Positions 19,782-30,407 of a stretch of 64,000 bases of DNA are shown here, piece by piece (positions within the stretch are counted from its first letter, which is position 1; every line of letters begins with the position of its first letter). The position numbers were made by a program, and so were the translations under genes. This DNA is from an uncultured Gammaproteobacteria bacterium. Its GTDB lineage: Bacteria; Pseudomonadota; Gammaproteobacteria; SURF-13. Below the pieces are notes generated by a model. That model did no database searches, had not been told where the DNA came from, and was given only the letters and a program-made list of their open reading frames with translations. The stretch is from NCBI GenBank assembly GCA_947085325.1, contig CAMTVY010000013.1:14679-78678 (forward strand), written 5' to 3'.

Positions 19782-20870
19782 TTAGAAGTCGTGGTTGATG
19801 CCGACTGAAAACGTAGACAAATCCAGCCCGGCGATGCTGTTCTTCACGGCGCCGCTGCTGCCGCCCGTGCCCAGGCCATACTTCGCGCCGCTTTCGTTAT
19901 CGGTGCTGGCATACAGGGCGTAGACGCTGGTGCGTTTGGAGAGCGCGTGATCCAGACCCAGCACATACCAGTCCGCGCCGGTATCTCCGCCGGTGTCGTT
20001 GTCGCCTGCCCTGGCGTAAGCAATCTTGAGAGTGTTGGCGTCCATCTTGTGGCTCAGCGCCAAGTACCAGGCATTGCGATCTATGAGTGTTGAGTTGTCA
20101 TCCTGCGCCAGTTTTTCGTAAACGAAATTGACCTTGGTTTTATCCTGGTTGAACAGATAGCCCAATCCGGCTGTCCAGGCATGGGTGTCGTCAACATGGG
20201 AGGGTCCGGGGGTAGACGAAATACCGCCCATCGTGGTGGCCTCGTTTCTGTGCTGCTCATAGGCCAGTGAAACGTAGTAGGGACCGTTTTCGTACACGCC
20301 GGCCGCGCTGTATCTGTCACGATTAACGCTGGGATCCTCATCAAGGCTGTAGGCAGCCAAAAACTGGAAACCGTTCATCTTCGGGCTCCAGTAGTTGATG
20401 CTGTTCTTCTCGCGCTCGTTGAACGGCGTGCTCGCGCCGCTCACGTTGCCGATGATGGCGTTGAAGTCGCCCATGCTGTCGCTCCAGATGTCGAGCTTGC
20501 CGGTGGCGAGCTTGTAGGCATTGTCGGTTACACCCAAAACCAGTGTACCGAAGCCGCCCGCGAGGCCCAGGTAGCTGTTGCGTGGGGTGCCAAATAGCAA
20601 GCTATCGCTGCCATCCATCATAACCAGGGTTTCCATCTGAAAGATCGCCTTCAACCCATTGCCTAAATCCTCCACCCCCTTGAAACCCAGGCGCGAACTG
20701 TTGCTGGCGACATCGGTAGCATTGGCGCTGCCGTTATCGGTCATGTTTACGGACATGCGCGCCTTGCCGTAGACGGTGTAGTTGTCCTCCGCCTGCGCCG
20801 CTGTGGCGGTGACTGCCAGTGCTGCGGCCAGCGAGATGGAAATAAATTTTCCGTATGTATGCAGTTCCAT
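19782..20870 (-). CDS. outer-membrane general porin (Gram-negative porin family)
   Basis: Signal peptide ..AVTATAAQA, then alternating beta-strand pattern. Gly/Asp/Asn/Tyr-rich, with the C-terminal sequence VGINHDF ending in Phe. I trimmed the start to ATG 20870, which follows GGAGAGGA. Confidence 0.85.
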   Translation of the reverse strand: MELHTYGKFISISLAAALAVTATAAQAEDNYTVYGKARMSVNMTDNGSANATDVASNSSRLGFKGVEDLGNGLKAIFQMETLVMMDGSDSLLFGTPRNSYLGLAGGFGTLVLGVTDNAYKLATGKLDIWSDSMGDFNAIIGNVSGASTPFNEREKNSINYWSPKMNGFQFLAAYSLDEDPSVNRDRYSAAGVYENGPYYVSLAYEQHRNEATTMGGISSTPGPSHVDDTHAWTAGLGYLFNQDKTKVNFVYEKLAQDDNSTLIDRNAWYLALSHKMDANTLKIAYARAGDNDTGGDTGADWYVLGLDHALSKRTSVYALYASTDNESGAKYGLGTGGSSGAVKNSIAGLDLSTFSVGINHDF

Positions 20871-21096
20871 TACGTCCTCTCCCATGATTTTGTCAGTTAT
20901 TAAAGGTCATCTTAAACAGGCGCAGGGTGTTTGCAAGCCCTGCTTGAATTGCGTAGGGCACAGACTACGGAGGATTTGTTACACTCAGAAGAAGGCTATG
21001 TTAAGACTTGTGTGGCATCGCCGCTACTTGTATGCTGGAAACAGGAGTGGACGGCTGTTGACAAGTCTTTGAGCCAGAAAGGGGTGTTAGGAGCGC

Positions 21097-22875
21097 ATGC
21101 GCGACGATCGGGCTCTTCATGACATTCTGGAGCACAGCCAGCTTACCCCCCTTTTCCAGCCTATCTGTTCTCTGGTCGAGAACCGCATCTACGGTTATGA
21201 GGCATTAATCCGCGGTCCTGCGGAGAGCCCCCTGCACACACCCACGGTACTGTTCGAAGACGCAACGAAATATGCGCGTCTGGCGGAAGCGGACCAGCGT
21301 TGCAGCCAGGTGTGTATTGAGGCCTGGCTCAGGCTCCAGCTCCAGGGTAAGTTGTTTCTCAACATCAATCCTGCAAGCATGATGCAGCCCGGCTTCCGGG
21401 GCAGCGAAGCGTTGCACATGATGGGCCTCACAGGCGTGGTGCCAGATCAGGTTGTGCTGGAAATCACCGAGCACACACCCGCGGGTGATTATGCCCTGTT
21501 GCGCGAGGCAGTTGTGCTTTACCGCTCCATGGGGTTTGAGATTGCCATAGACGATATGGGTACCGGCTATTCCAGTCTGCGTCTGTGGTCTGAACTGCGG
21601 CCCGACTATGTGAAGATCGACATGCACTTTACACAGGGCATGTATCAGGATCGCAGCAAGCGCCAGTTCGTGCAGTCGATCATGGAGATCGCCAGCGACC
21701 TCAACTGCAAAGTCATCGCCGAGGGCGTGGAAACCAGGGAAGATCATCAGGCGCTGTATGATGTAGGTGTGACCATGGCGCAGGGTTACTATTTCGCCCC
21801 CCCCGAGGCCCTGCCGTCCACCACGCTGGAGATACCAGGCCTTGCGCCGGAGTTGGCCGCGCACAGCGGCTATGTGCCCAGCCTGGCGCGTTCGGCGATC
21901 GCCGCCACCCTGATCAGTCCACGACCCACCCTGGATCCTGCCACGCCCGTGGAAGTGGCCGGCGAGCTATTTCACAGCACACCGAATCTGAATGCATTGC
22001 CGGTGGTCAAGGACGACATGCCGCTGGGCCTGGTGCGCCGCACCCAACTGATGAATGTGCTGGCAAGCCGGTATGGCCGCGACCTGCACGGCAAAAAACC
22101 CGTGTCACATTTCATGGAGCGCAGGCCGCTTATAGTCGATAAAAACCTGCCGCTGGAAAAGCTGAGCAAACTGGTTACCAGTGAAGATGATGTGTATCTC
22201 GGTGATGAATTCATCATCACTTCCAGAGGGCGCTATCTCGGCATGAGCACGATAGTGCAGCTGCTGAAGAAGATTACCGATCTGCAGGTGCGCAATGCGC
22301 GCTACTCCAACCCGCTCACGCTGTTGCCCGGCAGTGTGCCCATCAACGAGCACCTCGACAACCTGCTCAGAAGGCGCTGGGGTTTTGTCATGTGCTACTG
22401 TGATATCGACAATTTCAAACCGTTCAACGATGCTTGCGGCTACAGTCAGGGTGACGATGCCATCAAATTGCTCGCCCGCATTCTGGTCGAATCAGTACAC
22501 AAGCGCCATGACTTTGTCGGCCACATCGGGGGCGATGACTTTGTCATTATCTTTCTGAGCCAGAACTGGCAGCAACGTTGTCAGACAATCATGGACAATT
22601 TCGCAGTCGAGATCTTGGGGCTCTATGCCGAGGAGGAGCGCGCTGCGGGCGGGGTCTGGTCGAAGGATCGGCGTGGCAACAGGGTGTTCTTTCCGATCAT
22701 GACGCTGTCGCTCGCTGCGGTGGAGGCGCCGCAGGGACGCTTTGTGTCACATCACGAGATTGCCGCGCGGGTGAGTGAGATCAAGACGCAGGCGAAAAAT
22801 ATAACCGGTAACAGCCTGTTTATCGATCGGCGCTGCACCGACAGCGATGCAGACCAGTTGCCATTGATTGAGTAG
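21097..22875 (+). CDS. c-di-GMP signalling protein: EAL phosphodiesterase + CBS pair + GGDEF-like domain with GGDDF
   Basis: The EAL residues look intact ([41 protein letters not shown]). A central CBS-like region follows. The C-terminal cyclase fold has [10 protein letters not shown] and GHIGGDDF. Confidence 0.85.
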   Translation: MRDDRALHDILEHSQLTPLFQPICSLVENRIYGYEALIRGPAESPLHTPTVLFEDATKYARLAEADQRCSQVCIEAWLRLQLQGKLFLNINPASMMQPGFRGSEALHMMGLTGVVPDQVVLEITEHTPAGDYALLREAVVLYRSMGFEIAIDDMGTGYSSLRLWSELRPDYVKIDMHFTQGMYQDRSKRQFVQSIMEIASDLNCKVIAEGVETREDHQALYDVGVTMAQGYYFAPPEALPSTTLEIPGLAPELAAHSGYVPSLARSAIAATLISPRPTLDPATPVEVAGELFHSTPNLNALPVVKDDMPLGLVRRTQLMNVLASRYGRDLHGKKPVSHFMERRPLIVDKNLPLEKLSKLVTSEDDVYLGDEFIITSRGRYLGMSTIVQLLKKITDLQVRNARYSNPLTLLPGSVPINEHLDNLLRRRWGFVMCYCDIDNFKPFNDACGYSQGDDAIKLLARILVESVHKRHDFVGHIGGDDFVIIFLSQNWQQRCQTIMDNFAVEILGLYAEEERAAGGVWSKDRRGNRVFFPIMTLSLAAVEAPQGRFVSHHEIAARVSEIKTQAKNITGNSLFIDRRCTDSDADQLPLIE

Positions 22876-22893
22876 CTGTAACACTACCGTCAT
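22876..22893 (+). promoter_or_regulatory. candidate Pho box upstream of phoB
   Basis: CTGTAAC-ACTA-CCGTCAT gives two 7-bp direct repeats on an 11-bp register, compared with consensus CTGTCAT-N4-CTGTCAT. It lies 44 nt upstream of the phoB ATG. Confidence 0.4.
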
Positions 22894-22936
22894 CATTCCA
22901 CGGTTTAATTGTGACTTGGACGGGGGCAAGGCAGAC

Positions 22937-23641
22937 ATGACCGGACGCATACTGATAGTGGAAGACGAAGCAGCGATCAGCGAGATGATCGCGCTGTCAC
23001 TTGCGCGCGCGGGCTACGCCTATGACATTGCGCAGGATGCAGAGCAGGCGCTCGTCGGCATCACCCGGCAGCCGCCGCTGCTGATTCTGCTCGACTGGAT
23101 GCTGCCCGGCATGAGTGGCATGGATTTGGCGCGCCGCCTGAAGCGGGAGGAAGCCACGCGCGCAATACCGGTTATCATGCTTACCGCACGCGGTGATGAG
23201 GCAGACAAGGTCAGGGGGCTCGAGGTCGGCGCCGACGACTATCTCACCAAGCCGTTTTCGCTGAGTGAGTTGCTGGCGCGGATCAAGGCCGTACTGCGCC
23301 GTACCGCGCCCCAGGCGACCGATGATGTGATCGAGGCAGACGGTTTGCGCCTCGACCCTGCCAGCCATGTCGTGGCCAGTCATGGGCACGAGCTGGCGAT
23401 GGGCCCCACCGAGTTTCGCCTGCTGCATTTCTTCATGAGCCACGCCGGACGGGTGTACAGCCGCAGCCAGTTGCTCGATCTGGTGTGGGGCAGCAACGTA
23501 TATGTTGGCGAACGCACGGTGGACGTGCACATCCGGCGCTTGCGCAAAGTGCTGGAGCAGCATGGCCATGACACCCTGATTCAGACCGTGCGCGGTTCGG
23601 GTTATCGCTTCTCGCAGCCGATGAAGACTGCGGCGGTGTAA
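22937..23641 (+). CDS. phoB: phosphate regulon response regulator PhoB (OmpR family)
   Basis: I trimmed the ORF to [11 protein letters not shown]. It has the receiver motif [17 protein letters not shown], and a winged-helix C-terminus ([17 protein letters not shown]). Confidence 0.88.
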   Translation: MTGRILIVEDEAAISEMIALSLARAGYAYDIAQDAEQALVGITRQPPLLILLDWMLPGMSGMDLARRLKREEATRAIPVIMLTARGDEADKVRGLEVGADDYLTKPFSLSELLARIKAVLRRTAPQATDDVIEADGLRLDPASHVVASHGHELAMGPTEFRLLHFFMSHAGRVYSRSQLLDLVWGSNVYVGERTVDVHIRRLRKVLEQHGHDTLIQTVRGSGYRFSQPMKTAAV

Positions 23642-23644
23642 CGC

Positions 23645-23742
23645 CATTTTTCAAACACCTGGGTGTTTGAAAAATGAAGCAAAGCAAAAATCACATTTTT
23701 TGCTTTGCGCAGTTGAAAAAGTCCTGGACGGACTTTTTCAAC
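23645..23742. terminator. three consecutive A5/T5-containing palindromes (bidirectional terminator array)
   Basis: The three hairpins are CATTTTTCAAACACC/GGTGTTTGAAAAATG, GCAAAGCAAAAAT/ATTTTTTGCTTTGC and GTTGAAAAAGTCC/GGACTTTTTCAAC. They fill the phoB-typA convergent gap. Confidence 0.75.
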
Positions 23743-23748
23743 ATCTTG

Positions 23749-25566
23749 CTAGCCCGCCGCGCGTGAGGTCTTTTTGCGTTCGTGCTCCAGCAGTTGGCGT
23801 TTGCGCAGACGGATATGGTGCGGGGTGACTTCCACCAGTTCGTCGTCGTCGATAAATTCCATGGCCTGTTCCAGCGACATGCGCACCGGCGGTACCAGGA
23901 TCACATTTTCATCCGAACCCGAGGCGCGCATATTGGTGAGCTGCTTGCCCTTCAGCGGGTTGACCACCAGATCGTTGTCACGCGAGTGCAGCCCGATCAC
24001 CATGCCTTCATAGAGTTCCTCGCCCGGGCCGATAAACATGCGCCCGCGCTCCTGCAGGCTGAACAGCGCAAAGGCCACGCTCTTGCCGGCGCCGTTGGCG
24101 ATCAGCACCCCATTGGTGCGGTTGCCGATAGTGCCTTTTTTCACCGGCGCGTGATGGTCATAGACGCTGTGCAGCAGGCCGGTGCCTGAGGTGAGCGTCA
24201 GAAATTCGGTGCGGAAGCCGATCAGCCCACGGGTCGGGATCATGTACTCCAGACGCACCCGCCCCTTGCTGTCGGACTCCATGTTGGTGAGGTCGCCTTT
24301 GCGCAGGCCCATCTGCTCCATGATGCTGCCCTGATGGCGTTCTTCGATATCGACCACGACGGACTCGTACGGCTCACAGGTTTCGCCGTCGATTTCGCGC
24401 GTGATGACCTGGGGCCGTCCCAGTGCCAGTTCGTAGCCCTCGCGGCGCATGTTTTCGACCAGGATGCCAAGATGCAGTTCACCGCGCCCGGAGACGCGGA
24501 ACTTGTCCGGGTCTGCGGTATCTTCCACGCCTAAGGCGACGTTGTGGATGAGTTCGCGTTGCAGGCGCTCGCGGATCTGGCGGCTGGTGATGTACTTGCC
24601 ATCCTTGCCGGCCAGCGGCGAGGTGTTGACCTGAAACATCATGCTCACCGTGGGCTGGTCGACTACCAGAGCGGGCAGGGCCTCCACCGCAGTGGGGTCG
24701 CACAGGGTATCGGAGATGCCGAGATTCTCGATGCCGGTAAAGGCGATGATGTCGCCCGCCTCGGCCTCCGGTATCTCGATGCGCTCGAGGCCGAGCATGT
24801 TGAACAGTTGCAGTATGCGCGCGTTGCGCTTCGCGCCCTGCGGGTTCACCACCACCACCGCCGAGTTGGCCTTGATGCGTCCGCGCGCGATACGCCCGAT
24901 GCCGATCACGCCTACATAGCTGGAGTAATCGAGCGAGCTTACCTGCATCTGGAACGGCCCGTCCGGGTTTACCTGCGGCGGCCTCACGTGTTGCACGATG
25001 GTTTCGAACAGCGGCGTCATGTCGCCTGAGCGCGTCTCGGCATCGAGACTGGCATAGCCGTTCAGCGCCGAGGTGTACACCACCGGAAAGTCGAGCTGCT
25101 CCTCGGTTGCGCCCAGGCGATCGAACAGGTCAAAGGTCTGGTCCAGCACCCAGTGCGCGCGTGCGCCCGGACGGTCGATCTTGTTGATGACGACGATGGG
25201 CTTGAGTCCCAGCGCAAAGGCCTTCTGCGCCACGAAGCGGGTCTGCGGCATGGGTCCGTCCACTGCGTCGACCAGCAGCAGCACTGCGTCCACCATGGAG
25301 AGCACGCGCTCCACCTCGCCGCCGAAATCGGCGTGGCCGGGTGTATCGACGATGTTGATGCGGTAGTCGCGCCAGCGCAGCGCGGTGTTTTTGGCCAGGA
25401 TGGTGATACCGCGCTCGCGCTCGATGTCGTTGGAGTCCATCACGCGCTCGGTGCTGGCGGCGCGCGCGGCAAAGGTGCCGGACTGCTGTAGCAGTTTGTC
25501 GACCAGCGTGGTCTTGCCATGATCGACATGGGCGATGATGGCGATGTTGCGTAAGTTGTCTAGCAC
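23749..25566 (-). CDS. typA: translational GTPase TypA/BipA
   Basis: 605 aa with [29 protein letters not shown] and NKID. The architecture is EF-G-like. Confidence 0.95.
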   Translation of the reverse strand: MLDNLRNIAIIAHVDHGKTTLVDKLLQQSGTFAARAASTERVMDSNDIERERGITILAKNTALRWRDYRINIVDTPGHADFGGEVERVLSMVDAVLLLVDAVDGPMPQTRFVAQKAFALGLKPIVVINKIDRPGARAHWVLDQTFDLFDRLGATEEQLDFPVVYTSALNGYASLDAETRSGDMTPLFETIVQHVRPPQVNPDGPFQMQVSSLDYSSYVGVIGIGRIARGRIKANSAVVVVNPQGAKRNARILQLFNMLGLERIEIPEAEAGDIIAFTGIENLGISDTLCDPTAVEALPALVVDQPTVSMMFQVNTSPLAGKDGKYITSRQIRERLQRELIHNVALGVEDTADPDKFRVSGRGELHLGILVENMRREGYELALGRPQVITREIDGETCEPYESVVVDIEERHQGSIMEQMGLRKGDLTNMESDSKGRVRLEYMIPTRGLIGFRTEFLTLTSGTGLLHSVYDHHAPVKKGTIGNRTNGVLIANGAGKSVAFALFSLQERGRMFIGPGEELYEGMVIGLHSRDNDLVVNPLKGKQLTNMRASGSDENVILVPPVRMSLEQAMEFIDDDELVEVTPHHIRLRKRQLLEHERKKTSRAAG

Positions 25567-25596
25567 GAATAAAAGCCCTGCGGGGAAAGGGAAACT

Positions 25597-25619
25597 GCCT
25601 ATTTTACAATAAAATAGGC
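25597..25619 (-). terminator. hairpin downstream of the VIT1-family gene
   Basis: GCCTATTTT-ACAAT-AAAATAGGC is a perfect 9-bp stem. A moderately T-rich tail follows on the minus strand. Confidence 0.4.
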
Positions 25620-25727
25620 TCCACAGGCATAAAAAATCGGAAAGTGCGCCCAGACCCAGTCCGGACCCGGGTGCGCTGCGGCGGGCGTGGCATCAAGCGT
25701 GTATAAAGATGTTGATGGGACGCGTGG

Positions 25728-26765
25728 TCAGCCCAGTCCGGCCCCCAGCATGGCGCCTATCATATAGGCGATCACCCCTGCCCCGCCGCCTATCAGGGTC
25801 AGGCGCAGGCCGCCCCACACGGCCTGTTTGCCGGTGAACAGGCTGAGGGCCGCACCGACCAGAAACAGGCCGCCCACGGCCGCCCCGGCGCTGGTGTAAA
25901 TCGCGTTCGGCCCGGCGAACAGCAGCGGCAGCAGCGGCACCAACGCCCCCAGGGTAAAGGCGAGAAAGGAGGCGACCGCCGCGCCCTGCGGCGAGCCCAA
26001 CGCGTCCGGGTTGAGCCCGAGCTCCTCGCGCGCCAGGGCGTCGAGCGCGTGTTCGGGGTTTTGCAGCAGGCGCTGGGCGGTGGCGCGGGCCTGTTCGATG
26101 GGCACGCCGCGCGCTTCGTAAATGAGCGCCAGCTCCTCGGCTTCTTCTTCCGGGTATTCCTCCAGTTCCTCGCGTTCCAAGCCGATCTGGTATTCATACA
26201 TCTCGCGCTGCGAGCGCATGGAGACATATTCGCCTGCGGCCATGGAGAGGGCACCCGCCAACAGGCCCGCCGTGCCCGTGAGCAGCAGCACCTTGAGGTC
26301 TTGCACCGCACCTGCCATGCCCATGATGAGGCTGGTGTTGGAGACCAGGCCGTCGCTCACGCCGAAGACGGCGGCGCGCAGGTTGCCGCCGCTCTCGGTG
26401 GTGCGATGACGGTGCCCGAAGTCTTCCAGCGAGGTCGGCATGGCATGGCCGCTGCTGTCTGCGGGCGCACTGTACACCGACAGGCCGCGCACCTTGATCG
26501 CCGCCAGCACCGGTCGCAAGCGGCGCGGTCCGAGCGTACGGATCAGCGCCGCGACCAGGCGCGCCCGCCAGCTGGGGTGGAACGCCGGGGGCAGTACTGC
26601 GCCGCGCGCGCGGGCCTGGCGCGCCCAGATCTCCGCCTGCGCCGTGGCGGCCTGGCCCAGACGCAGAAACAGCTTGTTTTTAACCGGGTCGGGCTCGGTA
26701 GCGACCAGCACCTGGTACAGGTAGGCCGACTGCATCTCCTCCATCCAGTTTTCGCGTGCCGACAT
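25728..26765 (-). CDS. VIT1/CCC1-family metal transporter with an N-terminal ferritin-like (erythrin-type) extension
   Basis: 345 aa. The C-terminal half has the VIT1-like sequence LRAAVFGVSDGLVSNTSLIMG plus TM helices. The N-terminal 100 aa or so form a helical domain resembling MbfA-type proteins. Confidence 0.75.
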   Translation of the reverse strand: MSARENWMEEMQSAYLYQVLVATEPDPVKNKLFLRLGQAATAQAEIWARQARARGAVLPPAFHPSWRARLVAALIRTLGPRRLRPVLAAIKVRGLSVYSAPADSSGHAMPTSLEDFGHRHRTTESGGNLRAAVFGVSDGLVSNTSLIMGMAGAVQDLKVLLLTGTAGLLAGALSMAAGEYVSMRSQREMYEYQIGLEREELEEYPEEEAEELALIYEARGVPIEQARATAQRLLQNPEHALDALAREELGLNPDALGSPQGAAVASFLAFTLGALVPLLPLLFAGPNAIYTSAGAAVGGLFLVGAALSLFTGKQAVWGGLRLTLIGGGAGVIAYMIGAMLGAGLG

Positions 26766-26835
26766 CGCTGCCCTCCCAACTTCACTGCGTCAGTTCAATA
26801 GGCTAACATGTCTCAAGTTCGCCGGACGCACTGCC

Positions 26836-27072
26836 ATGCCCAAAAAACCCGCCCCTGATTTTGAACGCACGCTCACCGAGCTGGAAACGCTGGTCGGGCG
26901 CATGGAAAAAGGCGAGCTGTCGCTGGAGGCGTCGCTCAAGGATTTCGAGCATGGCATCCAGCTGATTCGCCACTGTCAGCAAGCGCTCGCCGAGGCAGAG
27001 CAGAAGGTGCAGATATTGATGGAAAAAAACGGCGCGGTGCAGATTGAGCCGTTTGAGACCGATGACCCCTGA
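26836..27072 (+). CDS. xseB: exodeoxyribonuclease VII small subunit
   Basis: 78 aa with FE.TL.ELE.LV..ME.GELSLE.SLK.FE.GI-type sequence. It lies upstream of ispA-dxs, as in E. coli. Confidence 0.9.
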   Translation: MPKKPAPDFERTLTELETLVGRMEKGELSLEASLKDFEHGIQLIRHCQQALAEAEQKVQILMEKNGAVQIEPFETDDP

Positions 27073-27124
27073 CCGGGGCATGCAAAACTCCCTGCAAGCG
27101 GCCAAGAGCGACACCTGAACTGCC

Positions 27125-28012
27125 ATGGCGCTGGACTGGATGGAGGCCTACCGCGACCGTGCTGACGCGGCGCTGGCGCAACGGCTGCCGCCGCCTGCGG
27201 CTGTGCCGGTGCACCTGCATCAGGCCATGCGTTATGCCGTGCTCAACGGCGGCAAGCGCATCCGCCCGGTGCTGGTCTATGCCACGGGTGCGGCGCTCGA
27301 CACACCGCTTACGCACCTCGACACCCCAGCCTGTGCAGTGGAGCTGATTCATGCCTATTCACTGGTGCATGATGACCTGCCCGCGATGGACAACGATGAC
27401 CTGCGCCGTGGCCAACCCACCTGTCACAAGGCCTGGGGCGAGGCGACCGCGATACTCGCGGGCGACGCCTTGCAGGCGCTGGCGTTTCAGCTGCTGGCGC
27501 AGGATGCGGCGCTGGAAGCAAACCCGGCGCAGCGGCTGCGCATGATAGAAATCCTGGCCGAGGCCAGCGGCTCGCGCGGCATGGCGGGCGGGCAGGCGCT
27601 GGATCTCGCCGCAGTGGGGTCGCAGCTTACGTTCGCGGAACTCGAATACATGCATATCCACAAGACCGGCGCGCTGATCCGCGCCGCCGTCAGGCTGGGT
27701 GCGCTCGGTGCGCTGCGGGAGAGCGACGAGGCGTTTAGGCGGCTTGACCATTATGCCAAGTGCGTCGGGCTGGCATTTCAGATTCACGATGACGTCATCG
27801 ATGAAGCAGGCAACACCGCCACGCTGGGCAAGACCCAGGGTGCCGACCGGTTGCGGGACAAGCCCACGTATCCTGCGCTGCTGGGTTTGGCTCAATCACG
27901 CCAGATGGCGCGCGATCTGTGTGACGAGGCGGTGGCCAGCCTGAGCGCCATGGACGTGCGCGCCGGGCCGCTCAGGGCGCTGGCACGCTACATCGTGGAG
28001 CGGCAATGCTGA
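27125..28012 (+). CDS. ispA: farnesyl diphosphate synthase
   Basis: 295 aa with the first and second Asp-rich motifs [17 protein letters not shown] and FQIHDDVID. Confidence 0.93.
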   Translation: MALDWMEAYRDRADAALAQRLPPPAAVPVHLHQAMRYAVLNGGKRIRPVLVYATGAALDTPLTHLDTPACAVELIHAYSLVHDDLPAMDNDDLRRGQPTCHKAWGEATAILAGDALQALAFQLLAQDAALEANPAQRLRMIEILAEASGSRGMAGGQALDLAAVGSQLTFAELEYMHIHKTGALIRAAVRLGALGALRESDEAFRRLDHYAKCVGLAFQIHDDVIDEAGNTATLGKTQGADRLRDKPTYPALLGLAQSRQMARDLCDEAVASLSAMDVRAGPLRALARYIVERQC

Positions 28013-28094
28013 AATCAGCAGTATTTGCGACAGTATATGGCCTTGTCCGGTAGCTTGCGGGTACCATATACATCTACCCGCCTCACGCCAGCCT

Positions 28095-30005
28095 ATGCCG
28101 TACCCGTTACTAGAGAGACTCCGCACGCCCGCGCAACTGCGTACGTTCGATGAAGCCGAGCTTGCGCCGCTGGCCGCCGAGCTACGGGCGTTTCTGATCG
28201 AATCTGTCAGCCATACCGGCGGGCATCTCTCCGCCGGCCTCGGCGCCGTCGAGCTGGCGATTGCGCTGCACTACGTGTTCAACACCCCCGAGGATCGTCT
28301 GGTGTGGGACACCGGCCACCAGTGCTATCCGCACAAAATACTCACCGGGCGACGCGCGGCCATGGGCAGCCTGCGGCAGAAAGGCGGCCTTGCCGGTTTC
28401 CCCAAGCGCGACGAAAGCCCCTACGACACCTTTGGCGTCGGCCATGCCGGCACCTCGGTGAGCGCCGCGCTCGGCATGGCGCTTGCCCACGCATTGAAAA
28501 CACCCTCTCCCCCGGGGGGAGGTAAGGGTGAGGGCACGCGCAAGACGGTGGCGGTGCTGGGCGACGGCGCCCTCACCGCGGGCATGGCATTCGAGGCGCT
28601 GAACCATGCGGGCGATCTCGGCGCCGACATGCTGGTGATTCTGAACGACAACGACATGTCGATCTCGACCAACGTCGGCGGCATGTCGAATTATCTCGCG
28701 CGCGTGCTGTCGGGCAAGGTGTATTCCACCATGCGCGAGCGCAGCAAAAAGGTGCTGGGCGTAATGCCGCCGGTGTGGGAGCTGGCGCGGCGCGCGGAAG
28801 AGCACATGAAAGGCATGGTGATCCCCGGCACGCTGTTTGAAGAGCTGGGCTTCAACTACATCGGCCCCATCGACGGCCACGACCTGCCCACGCTGGTGAA
28901 AACCCTGCGCAACCTGCGCGCGCTCAAGGGGCCGCAGTTCCTGCACGTGGTCACGCGCAAGGGCAAGGGCTACGCGCCGGCCGAGAACGATCCGTGCAGC
29001 TATCACGGCGTGGCGGCGTTTGACCCCGACAGCGGCGCGCCGCGCAGCAAGAGCGGCGGCGCGCCCAGCTACACACAGATTTTCGGTGACTGGCTGTGCG
29101 ACATGGCGGCGCGCGACGAGCGTCTGGTCGCCATCACGCCCGCCATGCGCGAAGGCTCGGGGCTCACCCGCTTTTCCGAGCACTATCCGGCGCGCTATTT
29201 CGATGTCGGTATCGCCGAGCAGCACGCCGTCACGCTGGCTGCGGGTCTCGCATGTGAAGGGCTGAAGCCGGTGGTGGCGATCTATTCCACGTTTTTACAG
29301 CGTGCCTATGACCAGCTGATCCATGACGTGGCGTTGCAAAACTTGGCGGTACTGTTCGCCATCGACCGCGCCGGCATCGTCGGCCCAGACGGCCCCACCC
29401 ACGCGGGCAGCTTTGACCTCGGCTTTATGCGCAGCATTCCGAACATGGTCGTCATGGCGCCGACCGACGCCAATGAATGCCGCGAGATGCTGACCACGGG
29501 TTTTATGTATGACGGCCCGGCGGCGGTGCGTTACCCGCGCGGCCCGGCGCCGTGTACCGTGCTGCAATCCGGTGCCAACAGCCTGCCACTGGGCAAGGCC
29601 AGGTTGTGCCGCGAGGGTAAAGGCGTCGCCTTGCTGGTGTTCGGCGCCCTGCTGGAGCCCGCCATGGAGGCCGCGCAGGCGCTCAATGCCACCGTGGTCA
29701 ACATGCGCTTCATCAAGCCGCTCGATGAAGTGATGGTGATGCAGCTGGCGGCGCAGCATGCGCTGCTGGTCACGCTGGAAGACAACGCCGTGCAGGGCGG
29801 CGCCGGCAGTGCGGTGAACGAATGCCTGGCCGCGCAAGGCCTGGGCAACACCATTATCAATCTGGGGCTGCCGGACGCGTTTCTCGATCAGGGCACGCGC
29901 GCTGAATTGCTCGCGGCATGCGGTCTCGATACCGGCGGCATACTGCGCACTGTACGCAAACACTTTGAAACACAGTGCCAGGTCGCGCCGGTTAAAGTAA
30001 AATAG
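28095..30005 (+). CDS. dxs: 1-deoxy-D-xylulose-5-phosphate synthase
   Basis: 636 aa, colinear with E. coli Dxs as I recall it ([39 protein letters not shown]). It carries an extra loop at 28495-28545, described in findings. Confidence 0.95.
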   Translation: MPYPLLERLRTPAQLRTFDEAELAPLAAELRAFLIESVSHTGGHLSAGLGAVELAIALHYVFNTPEDRLVWDTGHQCYPHKILTGRRAAMGSLRQKGGLAGFPKRDESPYDTFGVGHAGTSVSAALGMALAHALKTPSPPGGGKGEGTRKTVAVLGDGALTAGMAFEALNHAGDLGADMLVILNDNDMSISTNVGGMSNYLARVLSGKVYSTMRERSKKVLGVMPPVWELARRAEEHMKGMVIPGTLFEELGFNYIGPIDGHDLPTLVKTLRNLRALKGPQFLHVVTRKGKGYAPAENDPCSYHGVAAFDPDSGAPRSKSGGAPSYTQIFGDWLCDMAARDERLVAITPAMREGSGLTRFSEHYPARYFDVGIAEQHAVTLAAGLACEGLKPVVAIYSTFLQRAYDQLIHDVALQNLAVLFAIDRAGIVGPDGPTHAGSFDLGFMRSIPNMVVMAPTDANECREMLTTGFMYDGPAAVRYPRGPAPCTVLQSGANSLPLGKARLCREGKGVALLVFGALLEPAMEAAQALNATVVNMRFIKPLDEVMVMQLAAQHALLVTLEDNAVQGGAGSAVNECLAAQGLGNTIINLGLPDAFLDQGTRAELLAACGLDTGGILRTVRKHFETQCQVAPVKVK

Positions 30006-30009
30006 CACC

Positions 30010-30393
30010 GTGTCCGCGCAATACACCCTCAAGATACTCACCGACTTCGCCTCGGCGCACACCCTGCGCGACTATCCCGGCGACTGCCGCCGCATGCACG
30101 GTCACAACTGGAAGCTGGAAGTAGAGGTGGCGGCCAACCGGCTGGACGATACCGGCATGGGTGTGGATTTTCGCGTCATCAAGAACGCCGCGCGCGATCT
30201 CGCCAAGACGCTGGATCACTATTACCTTAACGATATTCCGCCGTTCGACAAGATCAACCCGACGGCGGAAAACATCGCCGCCTATTTTTATACCGGCCTG
30301 TCACAAACCCTGAACAAACCCAATCTGCGCGTGAGCGCAGTCACCCTGTGGGAAACCGACCGCGCCTGCGTGCGTTATACCGAGCAGGCGTAA
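30010..30393 (+). CDS. queD: 6-carboxy-5,6,7,8-tetrahydropterin synthase
   Basis: 127 aa with a GTG start. It has the zinc and catalytic motif CRRMHGHNWKLEV, and its size is typical of QueD. Confidence 0.88.
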   Translation: MSAQYTLKILTDFASAHTLRDYPGDCRRMHGHNWKLEVEVAANRLDDTGMGVDFRVIKNAARDLAKTLDHYYLNDIPPFDKINPTAENIAAYFYTGLSQTLNKPNLRVSAVTLWETDRACVRYTEQA

Positions 30394-30407
30394 GGTATAC
30401 GCACAGC

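Noticed and set aside
28182-30062. 347-aa and 255-aa minus-strand ORFs
   Set aside because: Both are antisense to dxs, which is full-length and colinear with E. coli Dxs. Composition is typical of shadow ORFs.
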